Positions 9,129 through 19,700 of a stretch of 64,000 nt of DNA are shown here, in pieces (position 1 is the stretch's first letter; every line of letters begins with the position of its first letter). The notes beneath the pieces are model-generated. The model saw nothing but the letters and a program-made list of their open reading frames with translations, searched no databases and was not told the origin of the DNA. Location: NCBI GenBank assembly GCA_043803105.1, contig JAZDKJ010000002.1, positions 64,001 to 128,000 on the forward strand, given 5' to 3'. The stretch is from Candidatus Woesearchaeota archaeon. Its GTDB lineage: Archaea > Nanobdellota > Nanobdellia > Woesearchaeales > JAZDKJ01. The translations under genes were made by a program, and so were the position numbers.

Positions 9129-10802
9129 TTAGCCTCCGCAGTTTCCTGCAGCAGCTGTTGCGCTTGTACCGGTTAGGGTTTGCTCACAACCCGCCAATCC
9201 AGGATTGGCCTGGCAATAGTTAGTCTTCACAGTCTCAGCGTCTATTCCAGAGAATTGCACCTTGTTGTTTGCCATCCAGGTTGGGCTTGCTCCTATCTGC
9301 AACTCATTCGTGAGCTTTAAGTTCTCTGTGAGAAGTGTCTTGCCCTCAGCTCCTTCTGCACAGGTCTTTATCTGGCTTGGTGACATTCCGGCGCTTGTTG
9401 CGCAGCTCTGCCAGTCTACGTTCTTTATGTCCTTGTTCCTGCACCAGATATAATCCATATACTTGTAGTCCTTTGGATAGTATTTGATTGCGCAGACTTC
9501 TCTAAGGTCTTCGTCAACCTCTCCCTGTCCGTGAAGGCTGCTGAATGTTCCATCTGCTTGCAGGTCCGCAATGTAGTGTAGTGAGAAATCCATATTTCCC
9601 TTGAAAGCGGTTAGCACTTCCTTCATTGCATCCATTGCCTGTAATCCGTACGGGCACTGGCTCATCACGAAAAGGTCAAGCTTTTTTGGTGCATTTGCCC
9701 TGCACAGCATGTTGCCTTTGCACCCTGTGTCCTTGCAGTCTATTTGCCCGTTGCCGTCATCATCAATGCCGTTGTCGCAGATCTCTGCTTTCGGGTCAAA
9801 TGAAGAGCCTATCCTTAGATTCTGGTAATCTCCGACAGTCTCTAAGTAGCTTTGTACAGTTGCATATCCTTCGCCTTTCTGTACAGTGCTGTCAAACAGT
9901 ATTGCAGGCAATAGCTGCAGCTTCAAGTCACCGTAAAGCTTTTTTCCTTGGGCGTCGGCATAGTCCATTTCCTGCACCTGTAGCCCTGGGAAAAGGCTCT
10001 TGAGCTGTGCCACTAATCCTGTTGTGTCGCAGTCCTTGCACCTCTTGTCATTTAGTATGATCGCGTTCACCTTTACAGGTGCCGGTATGTTGCTGCATGC
10101 TGCTGGCTTTGTCGCAAATTCATTGCAAAGAGCCCTTAAAAAGTCGTTGCCCTGCCTTCCGCCGCTGTATGGCTTGTCGTTTACATATATGGTTGGGCTT
10201 CCTGTCGCTCCGACCTTGTTTGTGTTCTGGATGCTTGCTGTAAGAAGCTGTTTTCCCTCTGCTCCTTCAAAGCAGGTCTTTATCTTGTCAACAGCCATTC
10301 CTGCATCCTTTGCGCACTGCTCCCAGTTTGTTGCAACCTGCTGCGCATCCTTGTTCTGGCATACTATCATGTCCATGTATTTTTGTGGCTCATGCTTTGC
10401 AGCACAAAGTTGCACAATATCGCCCTTCACTTCGTTGTCTCCATGCATTGAGCTGAATGTTCCATCGCCCTTGTCAGTAGCTATGAAATTAAGGTTAAAC
10501 TCAACGTTTGAACCTAGTTGGTCAAGCGTAGGCTTTACCGCATCCACAACCTGGGTTCCAAACGGGCATTGGCTCATGACATAGAAGTCTAGCTTTACAG
10601 TTTCTCCTGAGCTTGCCGTAGGTGTTTTAATATCTGTTGGCTTTGGCTCAAATCTGAATCCATGCGTAAATATTGAAATAACCAAAAGAACAGCAAGAAC
10701 ACCGCTTGTTGCCATCCACATTGTCGATTTTTTTATGTGCACTTTCTTGTGCTTATGCTCTGCAAGTTTATGCTCCTCAATTTTGTGTTTATGTTCGTCC
10801 AT
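9129..10802 (-). CDS. Membrane-anchored multi-domain thioredoxin-fold protein with two GILT-like repeats
   Basis: Duplicated FxVMSQCP(F/Y)G...FSS(M/L)HG..EV...C...SPT units, a central CKDC domain and an EICDNGIDDDGNGQIDC motif. Confidence 0.75.
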   Translation of the reverse strand: MDEHKHKIEEHKLAEHKHKKVHIKKSTMWMATSGVLAVLLVISIFTHGFRFEPKPTDIKTPTASSGETVKLDFYVMSQCPFGTQVVDAVKPTLDQLGSNVEFNLNFIATDKGDGTFSSMHGDNEVKGDIVQLCAAKHEPQKYMDMIVCQNKDAQQVATNWEQCAKDAGMAVDKIKTCFEGAEGKQLLTASIQNTNKVGATGSPTIYVNDKPYSGGRQGNDFLRALCNEFATKPAACSNIPAPVKVNAIILNDKRCKDCDTTGLVAQLKSLFPGLQVQEMDYADAQGKKLYGDLKLQLLPAILFDSTVQKGEGYATVQSYLETVGDYQNLRIGSSFDPKAEICDNGIDDDGNGQIDCKDTGCKGNMLCRANAPKKLDLFVMSQCPYGLQAMDAMKEVLTAFKGNMDFSLHYIADLQADGTFSSLHGQGEVDEDLREVCAIKYYPKDYKYMDYIWCRNKDIKNVDWQSCATSAGMSPSQIKTCAEGAEGKTLLTENLKLTNELQIGASPTWMANNKVQFSGIDAETVKTNYCQANPGLAGCEQTLTGTSATAAAGNCGG

Positions 10803-10902
10803 TTTAGCCTCCTGTGGTACATTAATTAAAACAAGTGACGAAAGTCCCCCTCATTCTCAGAATATATAGGGGGTTATTAAAACTTTCGGATGTTCTTGAC
10901 GA

Positions 10903-11062
10903 CGGCAAAGTAGTCAGGTTGCGGTGGTAAAACTTTGTTGCATGATAAAAATCGTCGGCCACTCTGTGCCCTGAAGGGCACAGTTTCTTGCGTACGATTT
11001 TTAGCATGCCAGAGACGAGCCTGTATCTACAAGCCAAAGCAAATAGTTTCAGACTCGTCTCT
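10903..11062. repeat. Three abutting stem-loops (candidate structured RNA or hairpin DNA element)
   Basis: CGGCAAAGT/ACTTTGTTG; GCATG-A-TAAAAATCGT/ACGATTTTTA-G-CATGC enclosing CTGTGCCC-TGAA-GGGCACAG; AGAGACGAG-C-CTG/CAG-A-CTCGTCTCT. Confidence 0.7.
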
Positions 11063-11106
11063 TAGCATAAACAAATTTTATATATTACCACTTCATCCCT
11101 GAGCTT

Positions 11107-11295
11107 ATGGTCCTTAAGAATTGTACTTTTTGCAAGAACAAGGTGCCAGTTGGCGGCCAATGCAATAAGTGTGGCTTTATCGACGGGTTATCAAGAAAGC
11201 CTGCAGATGAAGAGTATGCCAAGGCACGCGAGATGAACAAGAGGAACAACTACAAGCAGTTTGTGAATCTTGATATGCTCCTTCTTGACGATTGA
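11107..11295 (+). CDS. Small Zn-finger protein
   Basis: CTFC...CNKCG; TTTTATATA upstream. Confidence 0.75.
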   Translation: MVLKNCTFCKNKVPVGGQCNKCGFIDGLSRKPADEEYAKAREMNKRNNYKQFVNLDMLLLDD

Positions 11296-11405
11296 TTACG
11301 CAGGTCATCTTCCGTGATTCTTTTCTTCCTCACGTGATTTTGCCCTTTTTTTGGCAGAAACCCATTTTAACCCTGCTTTCTGACTCTCGGTTGAGGTGTT
11401 TTCAA

Positions 11406-11585
11406 ATGGAACTAAGTGAAAAAAAGCTTGAACAGTTGAACAAGCAGCCGATTGTTGAGACAAATATCAAGAAGTCTGAAGACGGCAAATGGGTCATTCA
11501 CAAGACAACGATAACTGACATTAAGCCAGTGTCTTATTTTGAAAAGGTGCTTGCCCCAAAGCAGCCTTATAGCGAATCTCATTAA
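11406..11585 (+). CDS. Small hypothetical protein
   Basis: ATG preceded by GAGGTG; protein-like sequence MELSEKKLEQLNKQPIVETNIKKSEDGKWVIHKTTITDIK. Confidence 0.75.
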   Translation: MELSEKKLEQLNKQPIVETNIKKSEDGKWVIHKTTITDIKPVSYFEKVLAPKQPYSESH

Positions 11586-11662
11586 TTATTGAACAATTGT
11601 GAGATTCGCTAGAATAGCAAATTGCATGCCAAAAAGTTCCATTATTTATACGATTTGCTATT
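11570..11662. repeat. Two tandem 12-bp-stem palindromes between convergent genes (possible bidirectional terminator)
   Basis: TAGCGAATCTCA(11570-81)/TGAGATTCGCTA(11600-11); AATAGCAAATTG(11613-24)/CGATTTGCTATT(11651-62). Confidence 0.7.
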
Positions 11663-12245
11663 AGTAGGAATCTGGTGGCACAGAGTCGCACTTGGTATCA
11701 ACAAACACAAAATTGTTGTTACTAGCGACCCTCTTATAGTTGCAGCAGAGTTTCATTGTGCCACAGCTCTTGTCTAGCTTGATGCTTGTGTCATATTGGC
11801 AGGATTCATATACAACCATTGTCAGGTTGCCAATATAGGTTGAGCTGTCTTTCTTGAGCTTGAACTTGTAGTCCTCTACCCTGCCTATCTCTATTGTCCA
11901 GAGCCTGCTTGCTGCGTTTGTGAATTCATCCTGCGTTCCTTCTACACGCATCCTTACCTTGTCAGAATAAGCCGTAACCGCAACATCACCGTTCGCCTTG
12001 CCTATGTTCTTGTACTTGACATTGAAGTTTGCATTTAGGCTGTTCCCGAAATTTATCGTTTTAGGGCAGGTTTCCGGGAATTGCGTTGATTGTATCTCGT
12101 ACGCAATCCTAGGGCTGTTTTGGTATTCCCGTATTGGGTATTCAAAGACCAGAACAAGTAATCCCACCACAAGCCCGATTGCTACCCCAGAAATGCTTCC
12201 AATGAGTATGCTCGATTTGTGGTGAATGCTTTTCCTGCGACCCAT
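11661..12245 (-). CDS. Hypothetical membrane-anchored extracellular beta-rich protein
   Basis: N-terminal TM, Ig-like strand pattern, 6 Cys. Confidence 0.7.
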   Translation of the reverse strand: MGRRKSIHHKSSILIGSISGVAIGLVVGLLVLVFEYPIREYQNSPRIAYEIQSTQFPETCPKTINFGNSLNANFNVKYKNIGKANGDVAVTAYSDKVRMRVEGTQDEFTNAASRLWTIEIGRVEDYKFKLKKDSSTYIGNLTMVVYESCQYDTSIKLDKSCGTMKLCCNYKRVASNNNFVFVDTKCDSVPPDSY

Positions 12246-12404
12246 TAAACAACCCCTGGAGTGTGGTACACTCTATATTATTTGTTACTTTACAATACTA
12301 AAGAACAGTAACTACTATAAAAAGATTACTAAATGTCTTTCTGTCAGTGCTTCCACCACAATCTATTTAAACCGCCTGTTCAACCTTGCAAAAGGTGATA
12401 TTTG

Positions 12405-13667
12405 ATGGACAAAGGATCTTCTTATGAGGTAAAGGATATCAGGCTTGCAGATCAGGGAAAGCTTAACATTGAATGGGCAGAGATGCAGATGTCTGCGCTG
12501 ATGAAAGTCAAGGCTCGCTTTGAAAGGGAAAAACCCCTGAAAGGCATCCGCATTGGCATTGCTTTGCACGTTACAAAAGAGACTGCTGTTTTGGTGAAGA
12601 CTCTCATGGCCGCTGGTGCAGATGTCGCTATTACCGGCTGCAACCCCTTGAGCACGCAAGATGACGTTGCTGCAGCTCTTGCAATGGAAGGCATAAAGGT
12701 CTGGGCTTACAAAGGTGAGTCCAAAGAAGACTATTACCGGTATCTGAATAATGTCATTGCCACAAAGCCTCAGATAACGATTGACGACGGCTGTGACCTT
12801 GTTTCAGAGATTCATCTCAAGCATACAGAGCTTATCCCTGACATTCTGGGTGGCTGCGAGGAGACAACCACTGGTGTTATCCGCCTTAGGGCTATGGAAA
12901 AGGATAATGCCATGAAATATCCTATGGTTGCGGTCAATGAGTCTGCAACAAAGCACCTGATGGATAATGTCAAGGGCACAGGCCAGAGCACTATTGACGG
13001 CATTTTGCGCGCAACCAATATTTTGTTTGCAGGCAAGACCATTGTTGTAACCGGCTATGGTGATTGCGGCAAGGGAGTTGCGAAGCGTGCTCTTGGGATG
13101 GATGCAAATATTGTTGTTACCGAGACTGATCAGTTTAGGGCGCTTCAAGCTGCCATGGACGGCTTTAGGGTGATGCCCATCAAGGATGCTGCCCTTATTG
13201 GCGATGTTTTCGTCACAGTTACTGGCAACAAGAATGTCATTGATGTCGAGCACATGAGATTGATGAAAGATGGGGTAATACTATGCAATTCAGGCCACTT
13301 TGATGCAGAGGTGAACATCAATGGCTTAAGAAAGATTGCATCAAGGGTGAGGCGAATCCGTCCATTTATGGATGAGTTCTTGGTTGACGGCAAGAGGATT
13401 TTTGTGTTGGGCGAAGGCCGCCTGATAAACCTTGCAGCTGCTGAAGGCCATCCGTCTGCGATAATGGCTATGTCTTTTATCAACCAGTCTTTTGCTGCAG
13501 AATTCCTGGTCAAGAACAAGGGAAAGCTCTCGCCAAAGGTGTATGTGCTTCCAAAGGAGAAGGATGCGGAGATAGCAAGCCTTCAGCTCGAGGCCTTGGG
13601 AATAAAGATTGACACGCTTACCCCTGAGCAGCAGAAATATCTTGCGTCCTGGAAGGAAGGCACTTAA
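12405..13667 (+). CDS. ahcY: S-adenosylhomocysteine hydrolase
   Basis: CNPLSTQD, DDGCD, EETTTG, GYGDCGKG, NSGHFD, EGRLINLAAAEGHPS. Confidence 0.97.
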   Translation: MDKGSSYEVKDIRLADQGKLNIEWAEMQMSALMKVKARFEREKPLKGIRIGIALHVTKETAVLVKTLMAAGADVAITGCNPLSTQDDVAAALAMEGIKVWAYKGESKEDYYRYLNNVIATKPQITIDDGCDLVSEIHLKHTELIPDILGGCEETTTGVIRLRAMEKDNAMKYPMVAVNESATKHLMDNVKGTGQSTIDGILRATNILFAGKTIVVTGYGDCGKGVAKRALGMDANIVVTETDQFRALQAAMDGFRVMPIKDAALIGDVFVTVTGNKNVIDVEHMRLMKDGVILCNSGHFDAEVNINGLRKIASRVRRIRPFMDEFLVDGKRIFVLGEGRLINLAAAEGHPSAIMAMSFINQSFAAEFLVKNKGKLSPKVYVLPKEKDAEIASLQLEALGIKIDTLTPEQQKYLASWKEGT

Positions 13668-13703
13668 GCAAAGGAAAAAAATATTAAGTAAATCAAAAAA
13701 AAA

Positions 13704-16700
13704 TTATTTCTTTTTCAGCATCTTGCGTATCTTCTCTTCAGGCCAGTCAGCCCTTCTCAACTCGTCTGCAATCTGGAAGTCGTGCTTTCCTGCCTTTCTG
13801 GCTTTTTCCACGAATGCCTTGGCCTCCCTTTCTATCCTGGGAATCTTCCTGGTCTTGAAAAGTAGATAACCTGCTAAGGCCAATACTGCGGCAACCGCCA
13901 GGATAAGCAATACTGTGCCTGGCATTTTGGTCTTTGGCTTAGTGACTGGCTGCGCTTCTGGCACAGGTGTTGTCTCTTCTGTCGGCTGTGCTGTGGCCTC
14001 ACCTGTGGCTGCAGGCGGTGTTGTTTCATTGCTCGGTGCTGCAGGCTGTTGCGCCGCTGCCTCCTCTGCTTTTAGCCCTATTACAAAATAGCTGAATCCT
14101 GGAGTTTGTGCCTTGAAGCTCACATCCTTTGTTCCTGTCGCAGCAATTTGAGTGGCAAGCTCTACCCAGGCTCCATTTACGTATCTCTTCAATCGTACAT
14201 CCTCTGCCTTTGCGTTGGTTAGCCATTCGACAGGCACATTGAATTGTACCTCTATTCCGCTCAAGACTTCTTCCTTGATATTTGTCAGAGTTATTTGCAG
14301 GTACTTGTAGACAGCACCGCTTGGCTCAGCCACATCGGTTGGCTTGCCTGTAAATCTTTGCACCTGGATGCTTGCCTTTCTTGTGTTGTTTGACACCTGG
14401 AAGACTACCTTCTTGATGCCATATGCCGCAGACGCAATGCTCATACTGTTCTGTCCTTGTCGTAGTATGTCCCAGTACTTTGAGATTGTCGTCAGGCTTT
14501 TGGCAATTCCGCCGCCTCCTCCGCCTGAGCTTGGTGGTGTCTGGGTTACAGCTGTTGCCTCTGTTGTGAACTGTTGCTTGCTTGTGTTGCAGTTGCCTGT
14601 CCTATCGCAGTACTTGTATGTGTAGTTGTAGGTTGTCTCGTCGCTTAAGGTGGTGAGGCTTATCGTGTGTTCTGTCTGGAAGCTTGAGCTGCTTGTGTTC
14701 GTGATCGCTTTTGTGGAAGACAGATAATATCCCACTGTGTAGTTGAATGCCTCATAGCTTTCTCCTGTCAAGGCTATGCTTGCTGCTGTGTCAGCGGCAG
14801 TGACAGTGGTGCTCACGTCAGGTATTGTGATATCATTCACCAAGAACTGCGTTCTTGAGCTGGACCTATTGCCGTTGCCTAGCGAAGCACAGCTGATGCT
14901 GATATTATATTTGGTTTCATTTGTAAGGTTAAGGAACCAGCTCTCGCCTGCATAGGAAATGCTGAAGCTGTAGTTCGTTGTCCCTTGGCTCAGGCTTGGG
15001 GTTGTGCCAGAACGCGTCAGGGTTAAAGCTCCCTTGGACAGGTTGTACCAGCAGCTGCTTGCATTAAGGTTTAGGTCATATATCATTCCACTGAAGGTCA
15101 GCTTTGAGTCTGTTATTGTTGCTGCTGGCAGTGTTATTGAATAGCTCGGCGCATTGTTCGGATTCGCCAAACCTGCTCCTGAAAGGTGAGGCACCCAGAC
15201 TTTGGTCCATGTGCTGCTGTTTGTGTAACAAGCGTTCGCAGCGCTTGGAGTTGTTGTCGGCCTGGCATTTCCTGCGCAGTTGCCCAGCACATAAACCTGC
15301 GTGCCAAAATCATCACCGATAAAGATGACATAATTTGTTCCAAGGGCCCTTTGTATGTGCACCTGGACCCATTGCGCGTGCCCGCTGGCGTTCTTGTAGT
15401 TGCTGTCATTAATCATATAGCTCATGTTCTGGTACATTACGAATGCGTTTAATTTTGCACCGCCTACCTTGGCCGCAATTGCGCTTGCGATTATGCTTGT
15501 AAGGTTGACAGTTAACTTGGGCTTGTGCGCATTGCCGATGGCTATGTTGGTGCCGTACACTGTGATGTTGATAGTCGAGTTGACGCCACCTGTTGTTGAA
15601 TTTGCCACTATGACCTCACGTATGGTCCTGTTGAAGTAAAGCTGTCCTGTTGCCAGGCTGCCGTTTTCAAGGTAAATCTCGACTTCCTTCGCATCACCCC
15701 TCTCCATTGATCCAGTGAAGTTTGTGAGGTTTACTCTCGCCAGGACATAGAATGCGCCGACTGAAACGCTGTTGCTGTTCTTTGATGTGTCATTGGCGTA
15801 TATTATCAGGCTGTGCGTTCCTGCACTTAGGTTTGCACGTTCAGTGATAGTGGTGTTCCTCCTGGAGTGGTTCAGGTAATATTTTGTTGCCTGGCCGTCA
15901 AGCTTGAACCATGCCTGTGACATTCCAGCTGTGCTGTCATTGATTGAGTATTTCAAGACTATGGTGGATGCTGCAGTGCTGACTGTTGTGGTTGGCACAT
16001 ATTGCCCGGAAATTGCGGGTGCCACATTATCATACAGGAAGCTCACTGTCGCGGTTGCATTGTTGTCTGCCTTGTCCGTGAGATTTATCTTGAGGTTGTG
16101 CGCTCCCTGGCTCATGACTGCATTGAATGCGCACCTTAGCTTGGTGTTGTTGCCTGTACAATAGCCGATGCTGTAGTTGCTCACTCCAGTTCCAGTTACC
16201 ATGATCGATGAGTTTCTCATCGCCATGTTGTCTGTTATCGTGAAGTTCACAAGCCTTGATGAAATATTGGTGTGGTTAGTCAGCGAATGGATGGTTATCT
16301 TCGGTGCAACATCGTCAATTGCTAGTGTCATGCTTACTGTGCTGTTCGTGTTTCCGAGCTTGTCCACTGCAGATATGTACAGGCTGCATGAGGTATTGCC
16401 TAGGCACCCCTTGAAGTCTGCTGTCAACGGTACCAGCCAGGTGTCGCCGTAGATGTTGGTTAGGTCTGTGCCATTGATTTTGACTGTGCTTATGTTTGCG
16501 TCATTTACGTGAACTATGAAGATGTTGTCCCTGTAGCTCCTCACATACCTGTCAGCATCATCAATGCTGAAGTTTGTCACCCTTGGCTTAAGGTCGTCGA
16601 TGATGATGTTCAGCCTTACACTATTGTTTGTATTGCCTATGCTGTCAGTTGCAATTATGTTGAAGCTGCACACATTTTCTGCGTTTGAGCATCCGAGCGC

Positions 16701-19700
16701 TGCAGTGGTGTTTGCCTTCCTCCAGATTATCTGGTCTGTGATGTTGCGCATCGTATTGCTCTTGGTGTAGTTCAAAAGCACTGTTAGCGGCAGCGTGTCA
16801 TTTACCTTTGCTGTGAAGTTGATGTACCATGAGCTCTTGACATAAGTCACGTTTGAGGTGAAGTTTAGCACCCTTGGTTTCGCTGCAGTTACGTTTAAGC
16901 CTGACAGTCCTGTCATGTTGCAGTTGCCTACATTGTCGCAAGCTGTAATGTTGATTGCATGGTTTGTGCTTGTTGTTGTTATTCCAAGCTCTGCAGGGGT
17001 TGTTATCCTGCTGTAATTCCCGTTTGACAGGCTCATAGTGTATTCAGGGTTCCCGTCATACTTTACTGTCACGTTCCTTACACCATTTGTGTCGCTCACG
17101 TTTGCCCATACCTTCAGGTATTGGTTTGTCCCGATTTTCTTGCTAGTCACATTGAATGCTTTCCTGTTGAATTTCGGTGGGACATTGTCAATCGTTAAGG
17201 CGAGTGTTGTGGTCGAATTTATGTTGCCTGCACTGTCAATGGCTATGAACCTTAGCGTGCAGGTTCCAGAATTTGCGCATCCAAGAGCAGTTGGTGTCAC
17301 CGGCGCGCTGACCCATGTATTGCCGACAGAGTTGGACATTGCTGTGCCATTGCCTGTAACGCTCACTATGCTGCTGTCAATGTCAGAGGCGTTTACGGTT
17401 AGTATTATTGAGTCTGTGCTTTTCACCTTGCTGTCAGCGTCGCTTGTTGCTGGGGCAAGCACTCTTGGTTTCCTTTCATCGACTATTACTGAAAGTGTTG
17501 TTGTGGTGTTCTTGTTGCCAACTATGTCAGTTGCCACAAAATTTAGCGTGCATGTTCCGTTTGTCTTGCAGAACCATGACATTCTTGGGACCAGGCTGAA
17601 ATATTGCCCGCTCCTAGTCATTGCTGTCTGGTTTATCGAGCTGTTCAGCTGGACTGTCGAGATATTAAGGTCTGCCACAGTCACATTGAATTTTGCCCAC
17701 TGGTAGCTTCTCAATATTGAATCATTTGTTAACGCCAGCGAAACCTGCGGCTTGCTGTCATCGATGTGTAAAGTCAGGGTTGAGGTATTAGACCTTCCAC
17801 TGTAATCACTTGCGTTGAAAGTCAGTATGTGTGTCCCATCCCCGCTGATTCCAAGTGCACTCAGGTTTGTGCGGATTCTCCAAATATCTGGCCTTCCGCT
17901 GACCTTTGAGAGGGCTGTGTGGTTGACGGTTACCCTCGCTACAGCTATTACATCAGTCACGTTTGCCGTAAGGTTGATGTTGTCTGTTGACCTGACCCAT
18001 CTGTCACCGTCTGTGGACACGTTCAGCATGTTGATTCTGGGGCTCTGCAGATCTACGGTTAAAGTCCTGTTGATGGTTGCAAACGTGCAGTTGCCGGCAA
18101 TGTCGCAGGCAAAGCAGTTCCACTTGTATGAGCCTTCTGCAAAGCTTATCGGTATGGAATAGCTTCCGTTTACTCCTGAGCTGTTGGTCTCGTTTGCGTG
18201 CCATGTACTTCCAATGTTGTGGTAGATACTCACGTTCTTTAGGTTGGCGTCTGCAGCAGTGCAAATGAGGCTGTTGCTGGCTATTGAGCTGTTGTAGCCA
18301 TTGATTGGGCTTATGAGGTTCACTGACGGAGCTATGTGGTCTGAGGCTGGTGTTGTATTAAATGTATAATTTGATTCTGCAAATGCAAAGTCACCAGGGT
18401 CGATTGTGCTTTCGCATTTAACATTCCATAAAGAGGTACCTATGCTGTCCGTAATGATGGTAAGGTTTGCACTCGAGGTCAGGGTAGAGTTCGTAGGCAA
18501 AGTCTCTGGCCATAAGTACATAATTTCAAAGTTTCCATAACCATTGGACCATAAACTACAGTTCACATAGAGCAGTCCGCCAATATTGTTTGATGTCACA
18601 TTGAATTTTAGATTAATCGAGGTATTTATCTCTGCGACAGTTCCGTTTCCTGGAGTCATCAATTTGATAGTTATGTTTGTGCCTTGTACCTCGCTTGCAT
18701 TCAGGATTAGCGATCCTCCAGGCAGGTCGTCGCTGGAATTCAGTTTTATTGTTGCATTTGTTGAGAGCACAGCAATCACGTCGAAGTAGCTTAAGCCTGC
18801 GCTTGTAGCCCAAAGTGTCAGGTTTAGTATTCTTTTTTGGTAAGCACTGAATTGAACGTTGTTAAGCCTTGGGTATGAGCCGTTAATCCTGTAGCTCATT
18901 CCTGCTCCCCTGCTCACAACGCTTATATTGTATGTTCTCGTAAAGTTATCGCCATTTGTTACATTGATTAGTTTTGTGTTGTTTAAACCCACAGAGACTG
19001 CCAAATTGTTCCAGACAGTCGCGAACGTCAGTGTATAATTGACTCCGCCGCTTGTAGTATAAGTTGAGAAGCCGTAGGTTACCGGAATCTTCCAGTATGA
19101 GTATTGCTCGCCGCCTATGGTTCCCGAATTGAGCTTGAGTGTATCGCTTGTTATGGTCTCGCAGTTCTCTCCTGAGTCATCACACTTTGTCAGGTCTTGT
19201 CCGTCTGCCGGCAGCCTGACTATTATGAACTCTGCGCCCAGCTTTTGAGCTATCTCAAGCCACAAGCCGTTTGCCATTCCCACAACATATTTGCCTGATG
19301 TGAAATTCGCAAGCATCGAGTCTGTAAGCTTCAGGCTTGTCGCAGTTGCAAGGTCTGCATTCACAAATGTTATCTCCCAAAAGTTAGGTGTGCCGGGGAT
19401 CGGTCCCTTAAAGGTGAGGTTCACATTGTTAGTGTAGTTGAAATTTATGAAATTGCCTTTGGTGAGTTTTTGGCTGTTTATGCTAACGTTCATGTTATCA
19501 ACAAAATTGTTGCCTGTGTTTGAAAGGTTGAACATCAGTGTTACGTTTTGCTTTGAACCTCTTGTTGTGAAGTTCATGCATTTGCTTTGTCCGCAATTTG
19601 CAGGATCTGCCCTATCGCAATTCCTGATTTTGTAGAAATAGGTTGTGCTCTGATAAAGATTAAAGCCAAGCCTGTTCTGGTAATTGTCAACCATCACATT

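Noticed and set aside
10822-11037. 71-aa minus-strand ORF, or SRP/RNase P RNA, over the hairpin region
   Set aside because: Weak start and no protein motif; SRP helix-8 and RNase P P4 consensus sequences were not found
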